DNA of 64,000 bases from Podarcis melisellensis (taxonomy: Eukaryota): NCBI GenBank assembly GCA_964234715.1, contig OZ174278.1; one strand, given 5' to 3'. A program made the translations under genes and the position numbers. This document shows positions 25,278-38,540 of this stretch, one piece after another. Position 1 is the first letter of the stretch. Every line of letters begins with the position of its first letter. The notes below the pieces were generated by a model, which was not told where the DNA came from, made no database searches, and was given only the letters and a program-made list of their open reading frames with translations.

Positions 25278-25627
25278 TGGCGCTGTGGGTTAAACCACAG
25301 AGCTTAGGACTTGCCAATCAGAAGGTTGGCGGTTCGAATCCCCACAACGGGGTGAGCTCCCATTGCTCAGTCCCTGCTCCTGCCAACCTAGCAGTTCAAA
25401 AGCACATCAAAGTGCAAGTAGATAAATAGGTACCGCTACGGCGGGAAGGTAAACGGTGTTTCCGTGTGCTGCTCTGGTTCGCCAGAAGCGGCTTAGTCAT
25501 GCTGGCCACATGACCCGGAAGCTGTACGCCAGCTCCCTCGGTCAGTAAAGTGAGATGAGTGCCGCAACCCCAGAATCGGTCATGACTGGACCTAATGGTC
25601 AGGGGTCCCTTTACCTTTACCTTTACC
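25278..25627 (+). mobile_element. Sauria SINE
   Basis: Same body as 12183 with a (CCTTTA)n tail. TSD GTTGGCT at 25272-25278 and 25628-25634. Confidence 0.92.
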
Positions 25628-25969
25628 GTTGGCTTCCTTTCTAGTAGAGAGGAAATTCTGCAGACGCAGGTGAACCTGACTGCAACACTGTGAGCCTTAG
25701 TTTTTAATCTGCGTATGACATCCAGTATACATTAGTCACTTTTGCAATAAATAAATAATTATGGTAGAAAACCAAGCTACTTAAAGCAACCTTTGCCAAC
25801 CTGATGCCCTCCACAATGCCCATCACACTCCAGCCTGTTTTTCCTGGGGCTGGCGGGAGTTTTTAGCCCAACACATCTGGAGAGCACCGGGTTGGCAAAG
25901 GCTGCTCTGATTATGCCTGAGGGTAGACTGGGGGCCTGGGACCCTTCTAATTTCTGGATCCAGCAAGTG

Positions 25970-26537
25970 CATAGCTGTCAACTTACAGATTTGAAAATAA
26001 GAGACCAGCAGCCAAAATAAGAGACCTGCAGCCTCACCTGTTCCAGGCACTCCAGTCTTCCTGTCCTCCTGCAGTCTGGTCAAACTCCTGCTGGTAGCTT
26101 CGAGAACACTGTCCAACCAACTTTGTAACCAGAGGTTCAACTGAATAGAATCTGAATCACATGCACCACAAGGCCTATGCAGCCTCAACTTAAGATGGCT
26201 CCCCGGCCTGGCTTTGCACTGCAAAGTTTGCAGCAGCACGTGCAACAAAATGGCGTCCAGCATTCAAAAAACCCCTCAGCTTGTATTAACTAGCCACACA
26301 CAAGGCATGCAAGCTCCGCCCCCCAGTTGTTCTTAGACTCCCTATTGGGTGAGCAACACAGCCAAGCAACACAGTTGGAGCCTCCCTCCTCTCTGGCCGG
26401 GAGGGAGGGAGAGGAGCTGCTTCCTTTTTAATTTAAGGGACATCATTTAAGGGACATCCATCAATAAGAGACAGCAGCGGGACATGGTGCTGGAATAAGG
26501 GACTGTCCCTTCAAATAAGGGACACTTGACAGCTATG
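25970..26537. mobile_element. Non-autonomous hAT DNA transposon
   Basis: TIR catagctgtcaa / ttgacagctatg, perfect 8-bp TSD AGCAAGTG at 25962-25969 and 26538-26545, and subterminal aataagggac/agagac repeats. Confidence 0.92.
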
Positions 26538-26570
26538 AGCAAGTGTTTAAATCTAAGGAAGGATTCAAGT

Positions 26571-26936
26571 TGTCGTAACAGCCAGACACGTTTCTTGGTA
26601 ACAGCCCCCTAAGTATAAGCCATTAAGGAAGTGGCTCTGTTCTAACTGGTGGTTAGAAAGACTAAGTTGGGAGTTGGTGTGCGTAACATAGAAGTTGGAC
26701 ACAGGCTGCAGGCCGAAGCCTGTGAGACAGAGCCATGCCTGATTTCTGCTGGAATGCAAAGCTGTGGCTGTGGGAGAAGCAAGACCTTCTTGGAGTGTTA
26801 ATGCTGTGAGTCCCTCCACCATAGGCACAGGCTGCATATATGTGTAAATAAACCATTCTTAGGAAACTTAACCCTAGGTAAGCACCTGGGACACCTGGAA
26901 TCTTGCACCTCTCAGAGATTGGGTTGGTGTGCAACA
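26571..26936 (+). mobile_element. Possible solo LTR
   Basis: TGT...ACA ends with an internal TATAA and AATAAA (~26847). No convincing TSD. Confidence 0.4.
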
Positions 26937-28369
26937 GCTGCCTTAAGAGTTGGTAGCAGTAAGACAAGGTGAAGTCCAAAGCAGTATGAGCTTACAGTTC
27001 CTTGGTCAATTCAAAAGTGACGAGTGAATAGAAGTGGCGGTTGATGCCCATTAGGAGTGGCAAGGTAGAAAGTGACTAACAGAAGGCGGCAGAGCCAAGT
27101 ATTTCTAGTTTTGTCCCCACCTTCTACAAAGGCACTACTGAGACTCAGGGGAGGGAAGGAAGCAGGCAGGCTGTGCCACTCTCTGGACTGGATGTAAGGA
27201 AGAAAGCAAGCAAGTAGGAGCTAGCTGAAGGGAAACTAAAGTTGGTGGGGCAGTGCCCTATCTGCCCTGTGATGAACCAGCCTCCACTGGGAGAGGGGCC
27301 CTTGAAAGGGAAAGGTCACACCAAGGGACTGATGTTATGGTGATGGGCTGCATAGTCAGTCATGACAAGATGGAATGCTGCTCTCAGTGACAGGGTAGTA
27401 GAGAATAGAAGGAGGCAGAAGGCTTCAAATTATGCTCTTATCTCTGAGACCTCTTGGAAGGTGGTTATCCAAACTGCATTTGGACTCTACTGAGTGAGTT
27501 CCTGGCTGAGAAAACATCTGGTCAAACAACCGTACTGGTGTTAACTCTTCAGCTAATTGACATCTTGCCTCTGTAATACTTATGATAATAATTACATTTG
27601 TTGACCCTATTACAGGACCAAGGAACAGCTGCACAGTGCAGATTTTGACAACAGAACTTCTGGCCTATTGCTATGGCTCCTCCAACCTGCTCACAACTTT
27701 GGAGCTAATCTGTACTCATTTCCCCCCTCCTGAATCAAGTCATTACATTTTGCATTAAAGTTGTTTGAAGATTTCTGCTTGGACAGTTTCCACCTACACC
27801 CACCCTCTGCATTCATGGCATGACAATTTTGAACCTGATTTTCCACTGCTGTGCACCTTGACTCATTAACTTCAGCCTAAGCAGGGAGGAGAAAGTAGCT
27901 GTGCCACCAGAAAATATGCTGCTTTCACCCATTTTGCACTGGATTAAGTGACAGTAAAAGCCCCTGCTGATAAAATTATAATAAGAATCCACTGGTATAA
28001 GAATTGTGAAAGAAAGTTTTTTTTTTTTTAAAAAAAGAGAAGTTACCCAAGCCCTACTTGGAAAAAAATTATGAACAGAAATAGTGTATTATGAATTCCC
28101 AGAACTGAAGTTGGCTCTGGTTGCAAAAAATGTGTGGAGCCCAATTTTTATTTCATTTTTAAATCTTTGCTATTGCATCTTGTGACCATTATTATATGGC
28201 CTTTATAATTAACTGAAATTGTTTTTAAAGTATTCCTAAAAACAAATTGCAGGCAGTCCTTTATTAGGATTTTAGTGTGCTACTATATTCCAGTATCCTC
28301 CAACTTCTTCACATCCAAGACCTATCGTTAGTCCAAAAACAGCTGGAGACCCAAGTATGGGAAACCCTG

Positions 28370-28469
28370 ATCTAGTCCAACCTCCTGCAATGCGGGAATC
28401 TTTTGCCCAACGTGGGGCTTGAACCCACGACTTTGAGATTAAGAGTCTTATACTCTGCCAACTGAGCTA
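28370..28469 (-). mobile_element. tRNA-Lys(CTT)/CR1-tail SINE, copy 2
   Basis: Minus strand tagctcagttggcagagtataagactCTTaatctcaaagtcgtgggttcaagccccacgttgggc plus a partial tail. Confidence 0.8.
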
Positions 28470-28744
28470 CTCTTCCTATAGAAGAATCCTGTCCAAAGAA
28501 TCCTGAGAACTATAGTGTGTTAAAGGAGCCAGGAACTGCAGCTCTATGAGGAATAAACTACAGTTCCCTGGATTCTTTGGAGGAAGCCATGTGCTTTAAA
28601 TGTGCTTTATGTATATGACACATGTATAAAGTGATTTAACAATCAATTCCTCTTCCCAAGGAACTCTGGGAATTGTAATTCCGTGAGTGTGGTTGGGGGT
28701 CTCCTGACAACTGACAGCACCATTAACAAGGCCACTTCCACCTT

Positions 28745-29100
28745 AAGGAGGAGGTGGGGTTGCAGGTACTCATGACCCTTCCATGTGCGTGGAGGAGGGG
28801 ATGTGGACAGTTCCACGTGATTGGGGGGTTCCCAGTTGCGTCACTGCCCAGGCAACCAATCAGGTCACTCCAGGGGTGTGGCCTGCTCAATTTAAGCAGG
28901 ATGCCGGTGGGAGCTCTCCCCTTTTCCAGGACTCCCTGCAGACAGGCAGGAGTCAGATATAGTAGGTTAGCTCCAATGCCTAAGCCAATACCGCTCACAA
29001 TCTGTAACCGATAAAGTTGTAGCCTTTTTTAGCCCATTAACCTAAAATACTGGTGTCAAGTGTCTTTATTCAACTTGGGGGGGGGGCAGGACCTTTCTCA
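28745..29100 (+). mobile_element. LTR-like repeat (possibly DIRS/Ngaro type) inside an older palindromic MITE
   Basis: GC-rich block with CCAAT (28856), atttaag and gataaagttgtagcc, interrupting a MITE at ~28600-29185. Classification is tentative. Confidence 0.35.
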
Positions 29101-29310
29101 TGCAAACTACAACTCCCAGAATTCTTTGGGGAGGCCATGAATGTTTAAAGTGATATCATAATGCTTTAACTGCATTGCGTGAACGTGGCCCTGGACTTCC
29201 AAAATGGCAGTACAGCGTATAAGGAAAGCCCAAAAGTGATAAAAGTTTAGTGTGGGCCAAAGAGTGGAAGAGGCCTGTCAGGAATGGAGACATAGCAGAA
29301 AACATCTCAC

Positions 29311-29455
29311 CGTGAATTTCTTGTAGAGCTCATACGTGAGGAGGGGATTCGGTAGCTCCCTGAAGTATAACTTGCAGAGTGAGCCCACACAGTGAATGTC
29401 CTGGAGGTAAACTTCCCTTGTCAGGTCTGGGCATTGATCTGATCCAAACTCTTGC
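29311..29455 (-). CDS. ARHGAP31: ARHGAP31 exon 3 equivalent (145 nt), QEFGSDQCPDLTREVYLQDIHCVGSLCKLYFRELPNPLLTYELYKKFT
   Basis: RhoGAP K.YFRELP.PL motif. Acceptor ttcAG, donor ACG|GTGAG, phase 2/0. Confidence 0.96.
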
Positions 29456-30436
29456 CTGAAACAACAGAGATGGAGGAGGTACAGTGGGTTTAACGAGCAA
29501 GAGATGGAATCAATTTGCATCTTGATTTCTGCCCAGACAAAGGCTAAAAAAGGTGTACTGATTGGGCTGCAAAGATCTGATAATGTATTACCTCAGTGAC
29601 GGGGAACCTGCTCAGCACCGAGAATCACCATGGAAACCTATCATAACCTTGAGGGCTGTATGGATTCTGCATATGCTAGTTAGACATCATTTCCATGTTT
29701 TAACTGCCATTTGCATGAAGATTATCTACGATAAGCCACCGCCGAGCTGGTGGCCACAATTTTGCAATGGTCTTAGGGCTGGTTCACAGAAGGCCCAATT
29801 ACACACGCTGTACACAAGCGCCTTTGCAGGAACAGCCCGTTCAATTTGTGTTCTTTCTCCCCCCATTTTTATTTTAGGAATGGAGAGAGACCTAGCTGAG
29901 TATATTCATAAGCAAGTCAGCACCGTCTATCATCATCCATTCACCCCTTTCCTGCAGCAGGAAACTTGAGTGAGGGTTTAACCTGTAACGTACATATATA
30001 GGACTTAGTTATACTTTAAGGGGGAAAGGAGCAGGGCAGGATTTATTCCCATAATCTAACACCTATAAAACACAGAAGCCATGAGGATAAACCTCAGGTA
30101 GATCTTCAAAAATAACGAAATGAGCTTTGAAGAAAGGAATGAGTTTTCTCAAAGCCTGTGCTCTAAGATCCAGAGTCCATCTGCACAGGAGGGCAGTTGG
30201 ACACATTGGTAATCTGCATTGCAAATGCCCTGTAAAGTTCAAATGACTTAGTTCTGGTTATAAACTCGTTTATCGTGAGCTTTAAGGCTACTCTGGAGTT
30301 GGCTTGCCATAGTTGGGTTGCTATCTATCCACCAAAAGCCAGCCACCCTCAATCCAGGCATATTCATATGCTGTTCTAACACAATGGATGGTTAACACTG
30401 GGCCTTTCTTGCATTTGGTTCTCTTATTCACCTCAC

Positions 30437-30525
30437 CTCAGTTTCTGGATGTTGGACGTCACTCCAGAAAGCCGGTAGATTCCGTCCACAATTCCGTGCG
30501 TCTCTATGAACTCTGCGCAGCTCTT
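30437..30525 (-). CDS. ARHGAP31: ARHGAP31 exon 2 equivalent, 5' end hidden in the N gap (KSCAEFIETHGIVDGIYRLSGVTSNIQKLR)
   Basis: Contains the catalytic arginine finger GIYRLSG. Donor AG|GTGAG at 30435-30436. The acceptor falls in the gap. Confidence 0.94.
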
Positions 30526-30654
30526 NNNNNNNNNNNNNNNNNNNNNNNNNNNNNNNNNNNNNNNNNNNNNNNNNNNNNNNNNNNNNNNNNNNNNNNNNNN
30601 NNNNNNNNNNNNNNNNNNNNNNNNNNNNNNNNNNNNNNNNNNNNNNNNNNNNNN
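30526..30654. other. Assembly gap (129 N)
   Basis: Run of N. Confidence 1.
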
Positions 30655-30716
30655 AGGTCTTTCCCTGGGGTCCTCAGCTTGAATTGCCTTTTATGCCATA
30701 ATATAATCATTTACAA

Positions 30717-31055
30717 GGGTGGCGCTGTGGTCTAAACCACTGAGCCTCTTGGGCTTGCCAATCGGAAGGTCGGCAGTTCGAATCCCCGCAATGGGATGAC
30801 CTCCCGTTGCTTGATCCCAGCTCCTGCCCACCTAGCAGTTCGAAAGCACGTCAAAGTGCAAGTAGACAAATAGGTACCGCTCTGGCGGGAAGGTAAACAG
30901 CGTTTCTGTGCTCTGGTCTGGTTCACCAGAAGCGGCTTAGTCATGCTGGCCACATGATCCAGAAGCAATTCCCTTGGCCAATAAAGTGAGATGAGCACTG
31001 CAACCCCAGAGTCATTTGCGACTGGACTTGAGGTCAGGGGTCCCTTTACCTTTTA
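30717..31055 (+). mobile_element. Sauria SINE
   Basis: Full body with TSD ATCATTTACAA at 30706-30716 and 31058-31068. Confidence 0.92.
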
Positions 31056-32358
31056 TGATCATTTACAATGGCCAAAAGCTGATGAATAAAGAACATAAAG
31101 CTTTATTATTTGTTGCATTCATATGCCACCCAAGAACAGAACAATCTCTAAATGGCTCCCAATAAAAGAGGGACGTCATTTATTTGCAGTATTTATAGTC
31201 CACTCTTCATCAAATGCTTTCTTATTAAAGTAATAAAAATAAACCCAGAAAAAAATATACAAAATAAAATCATATAAGGAGGTCCAATAGACAACTACCA
31301 GTAAACAATCATACAAAGGGATAAATAAGCAAAACTATCCTGCAACAAAAATATTATTTCCTATTTAACCAAATACTGAGGTAAAAATGAAGAAAACATT
31401 CAATGTGAAACAGATTAACCAACTGAAGCTTCCAACAATATACTTCATTAACAGAAGCCTACTCATTCCCCTGTCTCTTATACACTATTCCATACACACA
31501 TGCACAACAACCGTAAAATCGAAGGAGATCTCCACACTTGCACCTGCCCAACATACATAAATATGAATTAATACCAAAATAAAAACGTGAAAACTTTGCA
31601 AAGAGGCTTATGTCTCCATGCACTCATTACGAATTCCCTGTATAATTAACCTGCAGTACAGTGGTACCCATGTCCACTCAGAAGTAATTTTGTTTGTATT
31701 TATTAGGGCTTGCTACCAGGTAAAGCCGTTCAGAATGGCAGCCTAGGCTTTGATTTACAGTTGGCATTTGGGGAAAGCATAGCTCTTGAGCCTTTAGCAG
31801 CTGTGTGGTAGGCAGAAATTCAACAGGCTAAGCTTTTTCTAAAAAGGAAATACAATTATGGGGAAAGCTTCACCCGCTCGCATTTAGGCATTCTATTGCA
31901 TGCATGGCTGCTGGATTATATTTGGATCCTCCATTCCACCTGCAAAAGAGGACACAAATTTGCTTATGTTACAAAGCCTATGCAAATTGTATGCAAATTG
32001 TATGTGAGGGGGTGAGAGGGCCCAATCCACAAACAGTGCTGGCACCCTGGCTTTGGCACACAACTACAAATATTGGATCCAGCATGACGTGAAGTATGGA
32101 TGGTGAAATATAGGTGCTCACATTGTTTCTTCTCGCATGTGGCTTATGCTGTCTGCATAAAATCTGCGTTTTCCTACATCTGTGTCACAGGCAGGAAAGA
32201 AAGGTGTTCAGGTTGTTCATTTGAGTCAAAGGTCTTGGGATATGCTGAATGAACATATCCCAAATGGAGGGGGGGGACCTGTAGGTAAAATCATCCTTAG
32301 ATAATACCCTGCCAGCAAACACTACTCTTGCAACTGTAGACCTTGGCTTCATATTATT

Positions 32359-32360
<2 letters not shown>

Positions 32361-32404
<44 letters not shown>
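32361..32404. repeat. (ATT)n microsatellite
   Basis: Read directly. Confidence 0.95.
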
Positions 32405-32405
<1 letters not shown>

Positions 32406-33288
32406 TCAGGCTTCAGTGAAACAAATGGAGTAGGTCAGCTCCATTGAAGATAAAACAGTTACAGATTAAGAGCTCAGAAATCCTGAAAAGTACATTTTAT
32501 AAACTGACAGGATCTACATGCGACAGTTTTCTACTGTCCATAAACCTGTCATCCGAATAATGCGGCTATCAAGAAAGAAAAATAACAGTCACAAATCTGA
32601 AATCGTTGCAAATCATTTCTTTCCTTACAGGACTACTCGGTAAGAGCATAAATTCGCAGCAGGAAATGGGAGTACACTGAATACTGAAACCTCTTTATTT
32701 TATCTTATGCAGAACACATATTCTCTTAAGAAGCAACTTAGGTCAACAATACCCTCAAGCACTTTGAATGAACCTCACACAGACCAGTTTAAGGAGGCTA
32801 TTTTCATCCACCCTACAAACAGAACCAAGGTAAGAGCCAGGTGGAATATACAAATTGCTTCCTTGAGTTTTCTTTCAGATGCTTGCATTTCCCCCTTTTC
32901 CTGTTCAGTAAAAACCAGCCAGATTTCCTAACTTGATCTCTTTTAGGAGGACACGCTTAAATATGCCACAAACCCTGGTCTGGAGCCCTGAACTATCCTG
33001 CTGTTTCAAGTACAGTGGAGGAAAGTATCCTGTCACCAACCTTGAAGTAAGATTCAGCTGCCAGTCCTGTTGTCTTCTGTACATGGAATGGGGAAAGGAC
33101 AACATCTTGGCTTTTGCAGCAAAATTTCAGGGACTAATCCTGGCATCAAGGGACACAGGAGGTGCCTGGCACAACCTATAGATAACCCTGAAGCTACACT
33201 AGGCCTTGTTACGCAGGCAAGGGTACCGTGGGCACATTCACAACATATATTTAAAATGCTATGATACCACTTAAAATGCAATGATACC

Positions 33289-34024
33289 TGTCAGGGACTG
33301 GGCAGAAGAGGAATGGTGGAGACCGCTTTCCCATCCTGACCTTTCCAGGGAGGAAGAAGAGGAAGACAGTACAGTGGTACCTCGCAAGACGAATGCTTCG
33401 TAAGACGAAAAACTCGCAAGACGAAAGAGTTTTTCGTTTTTTGAGTTGCTTTGCAAGACGAATTTCCCTATGGGCTTGCTTCACAAGATGAAAACGTCTT
33501 GCGAGTTTGTTTCCTTTTTCTTAAAACCGTTAATACCCAGGGAATCCGTGCTTCGCAAGATGAAAAAACTCGCAGAACGAAAAAACTCGCAGAACGAATT
33601 AATTTCGTCTTGCGAGGTACCACTGTATAGATTTACAACAGGGGTTTGAGGGAGGTCACAGCTCAGAGGCAGATGAGGGGGAAAGTTGGGAAATCATGGG
33701 AGAGCCAGAGCAACACCTGGCTGACACGTTGTCATTAGAAAGTATTCCAGACCCTCCATCTCCCAGAACCCAGTGAGCCTTAAAAGTAGGAGAGCAAAGA
33801 GCTCAAAGACAGAGGACACTTAGCAGCACCTGTGGGAGAGATGATGAGATTGACAAATGAAGAAGCGGGTTGGAGATTCACTTAGGACAACACCATTATC
33901 CAAGAAGCTGGGTTCTATAGCCTCTCTCTGTAAAGATTGAAATAAAAAAGGACTGTAAGAAACTTTTCCTTGTCTTTATACATTCCTGGGCAACCAGCTG
34001 GGAGCCACTAACAGCATGCTGACA
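33289..34024 (+). mobile_element. Solo LTR interrupted by a Tc1/mariner MITE
   Basis: Ends TGTCAG...CTGACA, 5-bp TSD ATACC at 33284-33288 and 34025-34029, internal AATAAA at ~33941. Confidence 0.8.
33372..33625. mobile_element. Tc1/mariner MITE with subterminal CGCAAGACGAAA repeats
   Basis: Perfect 22-bp TIR cagtggtacctcgcaagacgaa with TA TSD. Confidence 0.93.
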
Positions 34025-35998
34025 ATACCACAAGTTATGGTTTGCCCCCAAAGAATGATCAGAGCTGTTGTTTGTTGACGGTGCTGAGAGTTGTTTAGAA
34101 GATCCCTGTTCTCAGAGAGCTACAATTTCTAGAGCTTTAACAATCAATACTTTTTCCCAGGGAATCCTGAGAATTGTAGCTACACCTCCCAGAATGCTTT
34201 GGATGACCATTCAAAGTGGTATCATAGCACTTTAAATGCCTGATGTGAAGCATTCTGGAACCACAAGTTTGGGGTGGGTTAGAATGGCATCACACACAAA
34301 AACTATATTCTCCTTTCCCAATTCGACGCTTTCCACTGCTCCCCTCCAACTTGACAAGAGAGATCTTTGTTATTCTGGTGCCAATTTACTTTGCTTTCAT
34401 CATCCTTTACCCATCTTCTTTCTAGTTTGCCACAGCCTTGACCTGCAATGCCAAATTTGGCATTCCAACTCTACACTTCCCACACCACTGCAGCCAACTC
34501 CCTCCCCTAACTCCACACACACCGTTTCCTGCTCTCCCAGTCCTTGAACTCTACAGAAAACAGCCTATTTTGTCAGACTATGCAGTGGTTTTGTGATGTA
34601 AAAAAAAAAAATTCCACCAGGGACTCGTTTTTGCTTCTGACCAAAAATTACAGTCCTGACCTCAAGTCCCTGGAGATGAAAGGGCTATGCATCAATTTCC
34701 TGCAGAGCCCAGCTCCTCAGTGCATTGATTGTACAAACGAAGAATACAAAAAAATGTTCTCTTTCAGGAGAGCCGAAATCCAGAAGTAGCTTTGCTCTGT
34801 GACACATTAGGTAGTGCTAGCAGGAGGTAGGGTTAAGATGGTAATCACTACATGGTAGGTCCTGAGATAATTTATTTCTGATTAGTCTGCAGAGGTCCTG
34901 TGCGGAAAGAAAACGAAACTCAGATCCATTTGCAGCAAGATCCGCACATGATACGTGTGGAAATGTAAATGGAAAATTCTTGAACTTTGAATAAGAACTT
35001 TTTAGTTGTTTCTTTGGGGGGGGAGAAGAAGGAGGAAAGCATATGTAGGCAGCGGGGAGGGAAAGGGATGGAGCTGGATGTCCCAATCTTCTCATGTCTA
35101 TAATTGAAACCATATTCAAGGCTTGGAAGTTGGAAGAGGCAGCTGGTGTCACACAGTTTCTGCTAGTTGTGCCAGGCAGCCAAAATGTCCTCATTTTACA
35201 ACTACAATAGAAACCAGATGTAGAAGAAAGGGAGAGTGTGGACCCCCGGCATCAGCTGGGAGGGGGAAAAATGAGTTGCAGTGAAAACATTTCTTTCTTT
35301 TATTAAAAAAATAAAATCCAAAAGTTGACCAAGTGTCATAGAAACACTCCCCCAACCTAGGTATTGTGTGATAACACATGTATCATAAACAGGTTCTGTT
35401 AAACCCAAACATTTCCCACTCTTGTCTATCTTCTTCCCATCTCCTTTGTGGTATGGGTGCATTTAATATTCCACAGCCTCCTGCTTAACAATGTTAGATA
35501 GCATTTTTCACTTGTTTCCCTCCTGTATACAAAAAATAAAAGAACTTTCTGTAAGCTGCTCAAATCTGTATTGAATTGCCAGTTTCTAGAAGCTCGGAGT
35601 GCAGGGATGTAAGGAGGCCGCAATTTCTGTTCTGGACTGCATTCATCACCATCGGTGCTGCTTCCGTTCAGCTGCAGTTTGGTTCTTGCCAAATACTACA
35701 TTATTCCTCTTGCTGTCTGCTATTTAATGTAAGTCATAGAACAACAGAATATTGGAGGTGATACCAAAGTTCATTTAGTCCAACCCCTGCAATGTAGGCA
35801 TAATAACAATAATTTTATGATTTATACTCCGCCCATCTGGCTGGATTGCACAGCTCAGTGTAAAGGAAATGTCAAAACAATGTTTAAAAAAGTAATTTAT
35901 TACATATCATTTGTGGACTTAGAAACAACAACAACGATGATGATGCTGTGAATGAATACTGATCATATTTGCTGGACCAATTTCTATCCTGACCGTAG

Positions 35999-35999
<1 letters not shown>

Positions 36000-36057
<58 letters not shown>
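36000..36057. repeat. Compound (CA)n(GA)n microsatellite
   Basis: Read directly. Confidence 0.95.
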
Positions 36058-36059
<2 letters not shown>

Positions 36060-36406
36060 CGCACAAACTGCAGCAATTTCTCTTTACTTCCTTTTCAGAG
36101 TTCTCTGACATTCCTATTTGAGTTTGCATTTGATTAGGCCCTGGCTGGGCAGCTGAGCAAAATATTAAGCATATAAACTATGAGCAAAATATTAAGCACC
36201 TGAATGATCTCATTAGGATCCAGGTTTCTTACATTTAATGTTAAGCAATTCCAGCAAAGCATGGAAAGAAGCACCGCTCTTGTTGCAGACTTTTCAGGGT
36301 GCGAATGGCACCCTGGAACAGATTGTGTCTGCAACTAGATGTACCACTGTATATATTAATCAACTTTTAGTTTCAGAAGTCTTCATGGAAGTCTTCATGT
36401 CTCCCA

Positions 36407-36648
36407 TGTGGTGTAGTGGTTAAGAGAGGTAGACTCGTAATCTGGTGAACCGGGATCGCGTCTCCGCTCCTCCACATGCAGCTGCTGGGTGACCTTGGGC
36501 TAGTCATACTTCTTGAAGTCTCTCAGCCCCACTCTGAGCCCCAGTGTTTGTTGTGGGGGAGGAAGGGAAAGGAGAATGTTAGTCGCTTTGAGGCTCCTTC
36601 GGGTAGTGATAAAGCGGGAAATCAAATCCAAACTCTTCTTCATCATCA
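36407..36648 (+). mobile_element. Squam3-like SINE
   Basis: Closely similar to 8402-8647. Confidence 0.75.
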
Positions 36649-38129
36649 TCTGCAATATTGCACCCGCTTTAACATTTCAAATTATATTATAATGTGTTCT
36701 GAGTCAATGTGGCTTTTGTGCAAAAAAAAATATTTCACTGGTTATGAAGTATACCTCCACTTACTACTACCATTGGTGTGCCATCTTTCAGGAACAAGCC
36801 CTGCTCGAGAAATCAGGCCTATGTCCTTGTAGCTCGCTCAACCAAAATCCCAAATCTAAACACACACGCCCACACTTACAGTAGGACATAAATCAAACCT
36901 TTATTGCCTATTGATGATAACCTTGGGACGAGAACCTTGTAGTAGAAACTAGGAAGCAGGCGTCCAAACAAAATGTTATCTCCACATTTTCTTATGCAGT
37001 TTACTGCACCATGGTGATATACATCCATTTTACTGCACATGTAGCAACTTCCTTGCTTTAGCTTCTTTCTTTCTTTCTTTTAGAAGAAAACAGGGATTTG
37101 TTGCAAGCAATAAATATTGCATCAACTAGAGCTGGAAACTTCACATATTTACTTCCTAATTTGAAGGTCCAAGGACAGTTTAACCGAGAATTGTCATGAA
37201 AATTTACCTTTGGTCTTACATCAAGACAGCACACCCAATGGTGTGTAATGCATTTAAAAAGTGCAAATTCTATAATGAGGCAAATCAGATCCATTGCATG
37301 AAACAGGGAACTGGTGACCTATAAACCACTATGCCTTTTTGCACTAGAACAAATTATTTGGAAAGGCCTTCAAAGTTGCCCCATAAAAGGTATGCCTGTT
37401 TATGATGAATGTTTACCTATTGTAGATTCACACACACTTGGGAGGAAGATACATAGCAAAGGTCCTTATGGGGCAGATGAGAGACTACTAAGGACTGGAT
37501 ATGTCCCGTTTTCCTTTTAGACAGACCCACTGAGATCAGAGGATGAGACATGTCAACAGAACAGTGCGAGCGGATGTCTGCTCCACAGTGCCGTATGCAG
37601 ACAAAGGCCTTCGTTCTCCACAGCTGTCAAACCAACACCTCTCACCAGCATTGCATTTAGTTTCTAAATGAAGGGGGGGAATAACATGGACCAGCCCTCC
37701 TCTGCCAATGTTTACTTTGGCTAGGGTGGCGGGGCTGCTGGAAGTCCCAGGCACCTGTGTTTGAACAGGGAGATAGCTAACCAACATCAAACGGATTTAA
37801 AAATGAATCTCCCTTTTAAAACTTCCATGTTCACTTCCACTTCTGCTTGGAAGATGAACAGACAGGTCGACACTGCTGTGATCCTGGACTAGCTATGTAG
37901 CAGGTACTATTGCATCAGCCGCCTGTACTTTCCCACTTCATTTTGTTGGGCAAGTTGCTACAACACCGTGAGGCTTTCTGCAAAGGAAATTGAGCCGTTT
38001 ATCCCAATACTTAGATGGCAAGTGCTAGAATTCCTGCTGCTCCACCAGCAAAGTTATTTTAAAGCACAAGTCTAATAATGTCCAGCAGACATGTTCAAGT
38101 ACTTTATTAGCTCTCAGGGCTTGCCCTAG

Positions 38130-38540
38130 CAATAGGGGAGAAATTCGACGCCATTCAAATCCAAAGGCAAATCTACCTAATCTGCAATTTCCGAAACAAT
38201 CTGAGGACCCAGAGGTAACCATTCTTCGAAATTTGCACATCTCCCAATTTTGCCATGCTGTTCTCCAAGCAAGCAACGGGTACAAAAATGCATACACAGG
38301 GATGAAGTGTGTGTGAAAGGGCATACATCTGTGAAAAGGGGAAATGGCTTTGCACAAATGTGCAAAATTGGCAAAATTGCATACATGCATGTATATATGA
38401 GAATTTTATATCAAAATGCTGGTGAATTTTCATAAAGACTTTTTTTAAAAAAAAAAAAAAAGCAAAGTGATGTGCGAATGTGGAGAACTGAAGATTGGAA
38501 AAATGTGAGACCATGTTTGACAGATTTATCCATCTCTTTC
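38130..38540. mobile_element. hAT-like non-autonomous element (family of 19565 and 42815)
   Basis: Shares ggcaaatctacct, gaaatttgcac, aaaatgctggtgaatttt and ttcatccatc motifs with 42815-43400. Confidence 0.55.

Noticed and set aside
28410-28469. Functional tRNA-Lys gene (likewise 7797-7859, 44945-45007 and the tRNA-Ile-like 43205-43269)
   Set aside because: The acceptor stems are incomplete, there are multiple substitutions, and each is fused to a LINE tail. These are SINE heads.
2761-30525. Paralogues ARHGAP30/32/33
   Set aside because: The C-terminus RSVILDGRSGRQIE and exon 3 QEFGSDQCPDLTREVYLQD match ARHGAP31 specifically.
33372-33625. CRISPR-like or tandem array of cgcaagacgaaa units
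   Set aside because: This is eukaryotic DNA with no regular spacers. The units are subterminal repeats of a TA-flanked MITE.
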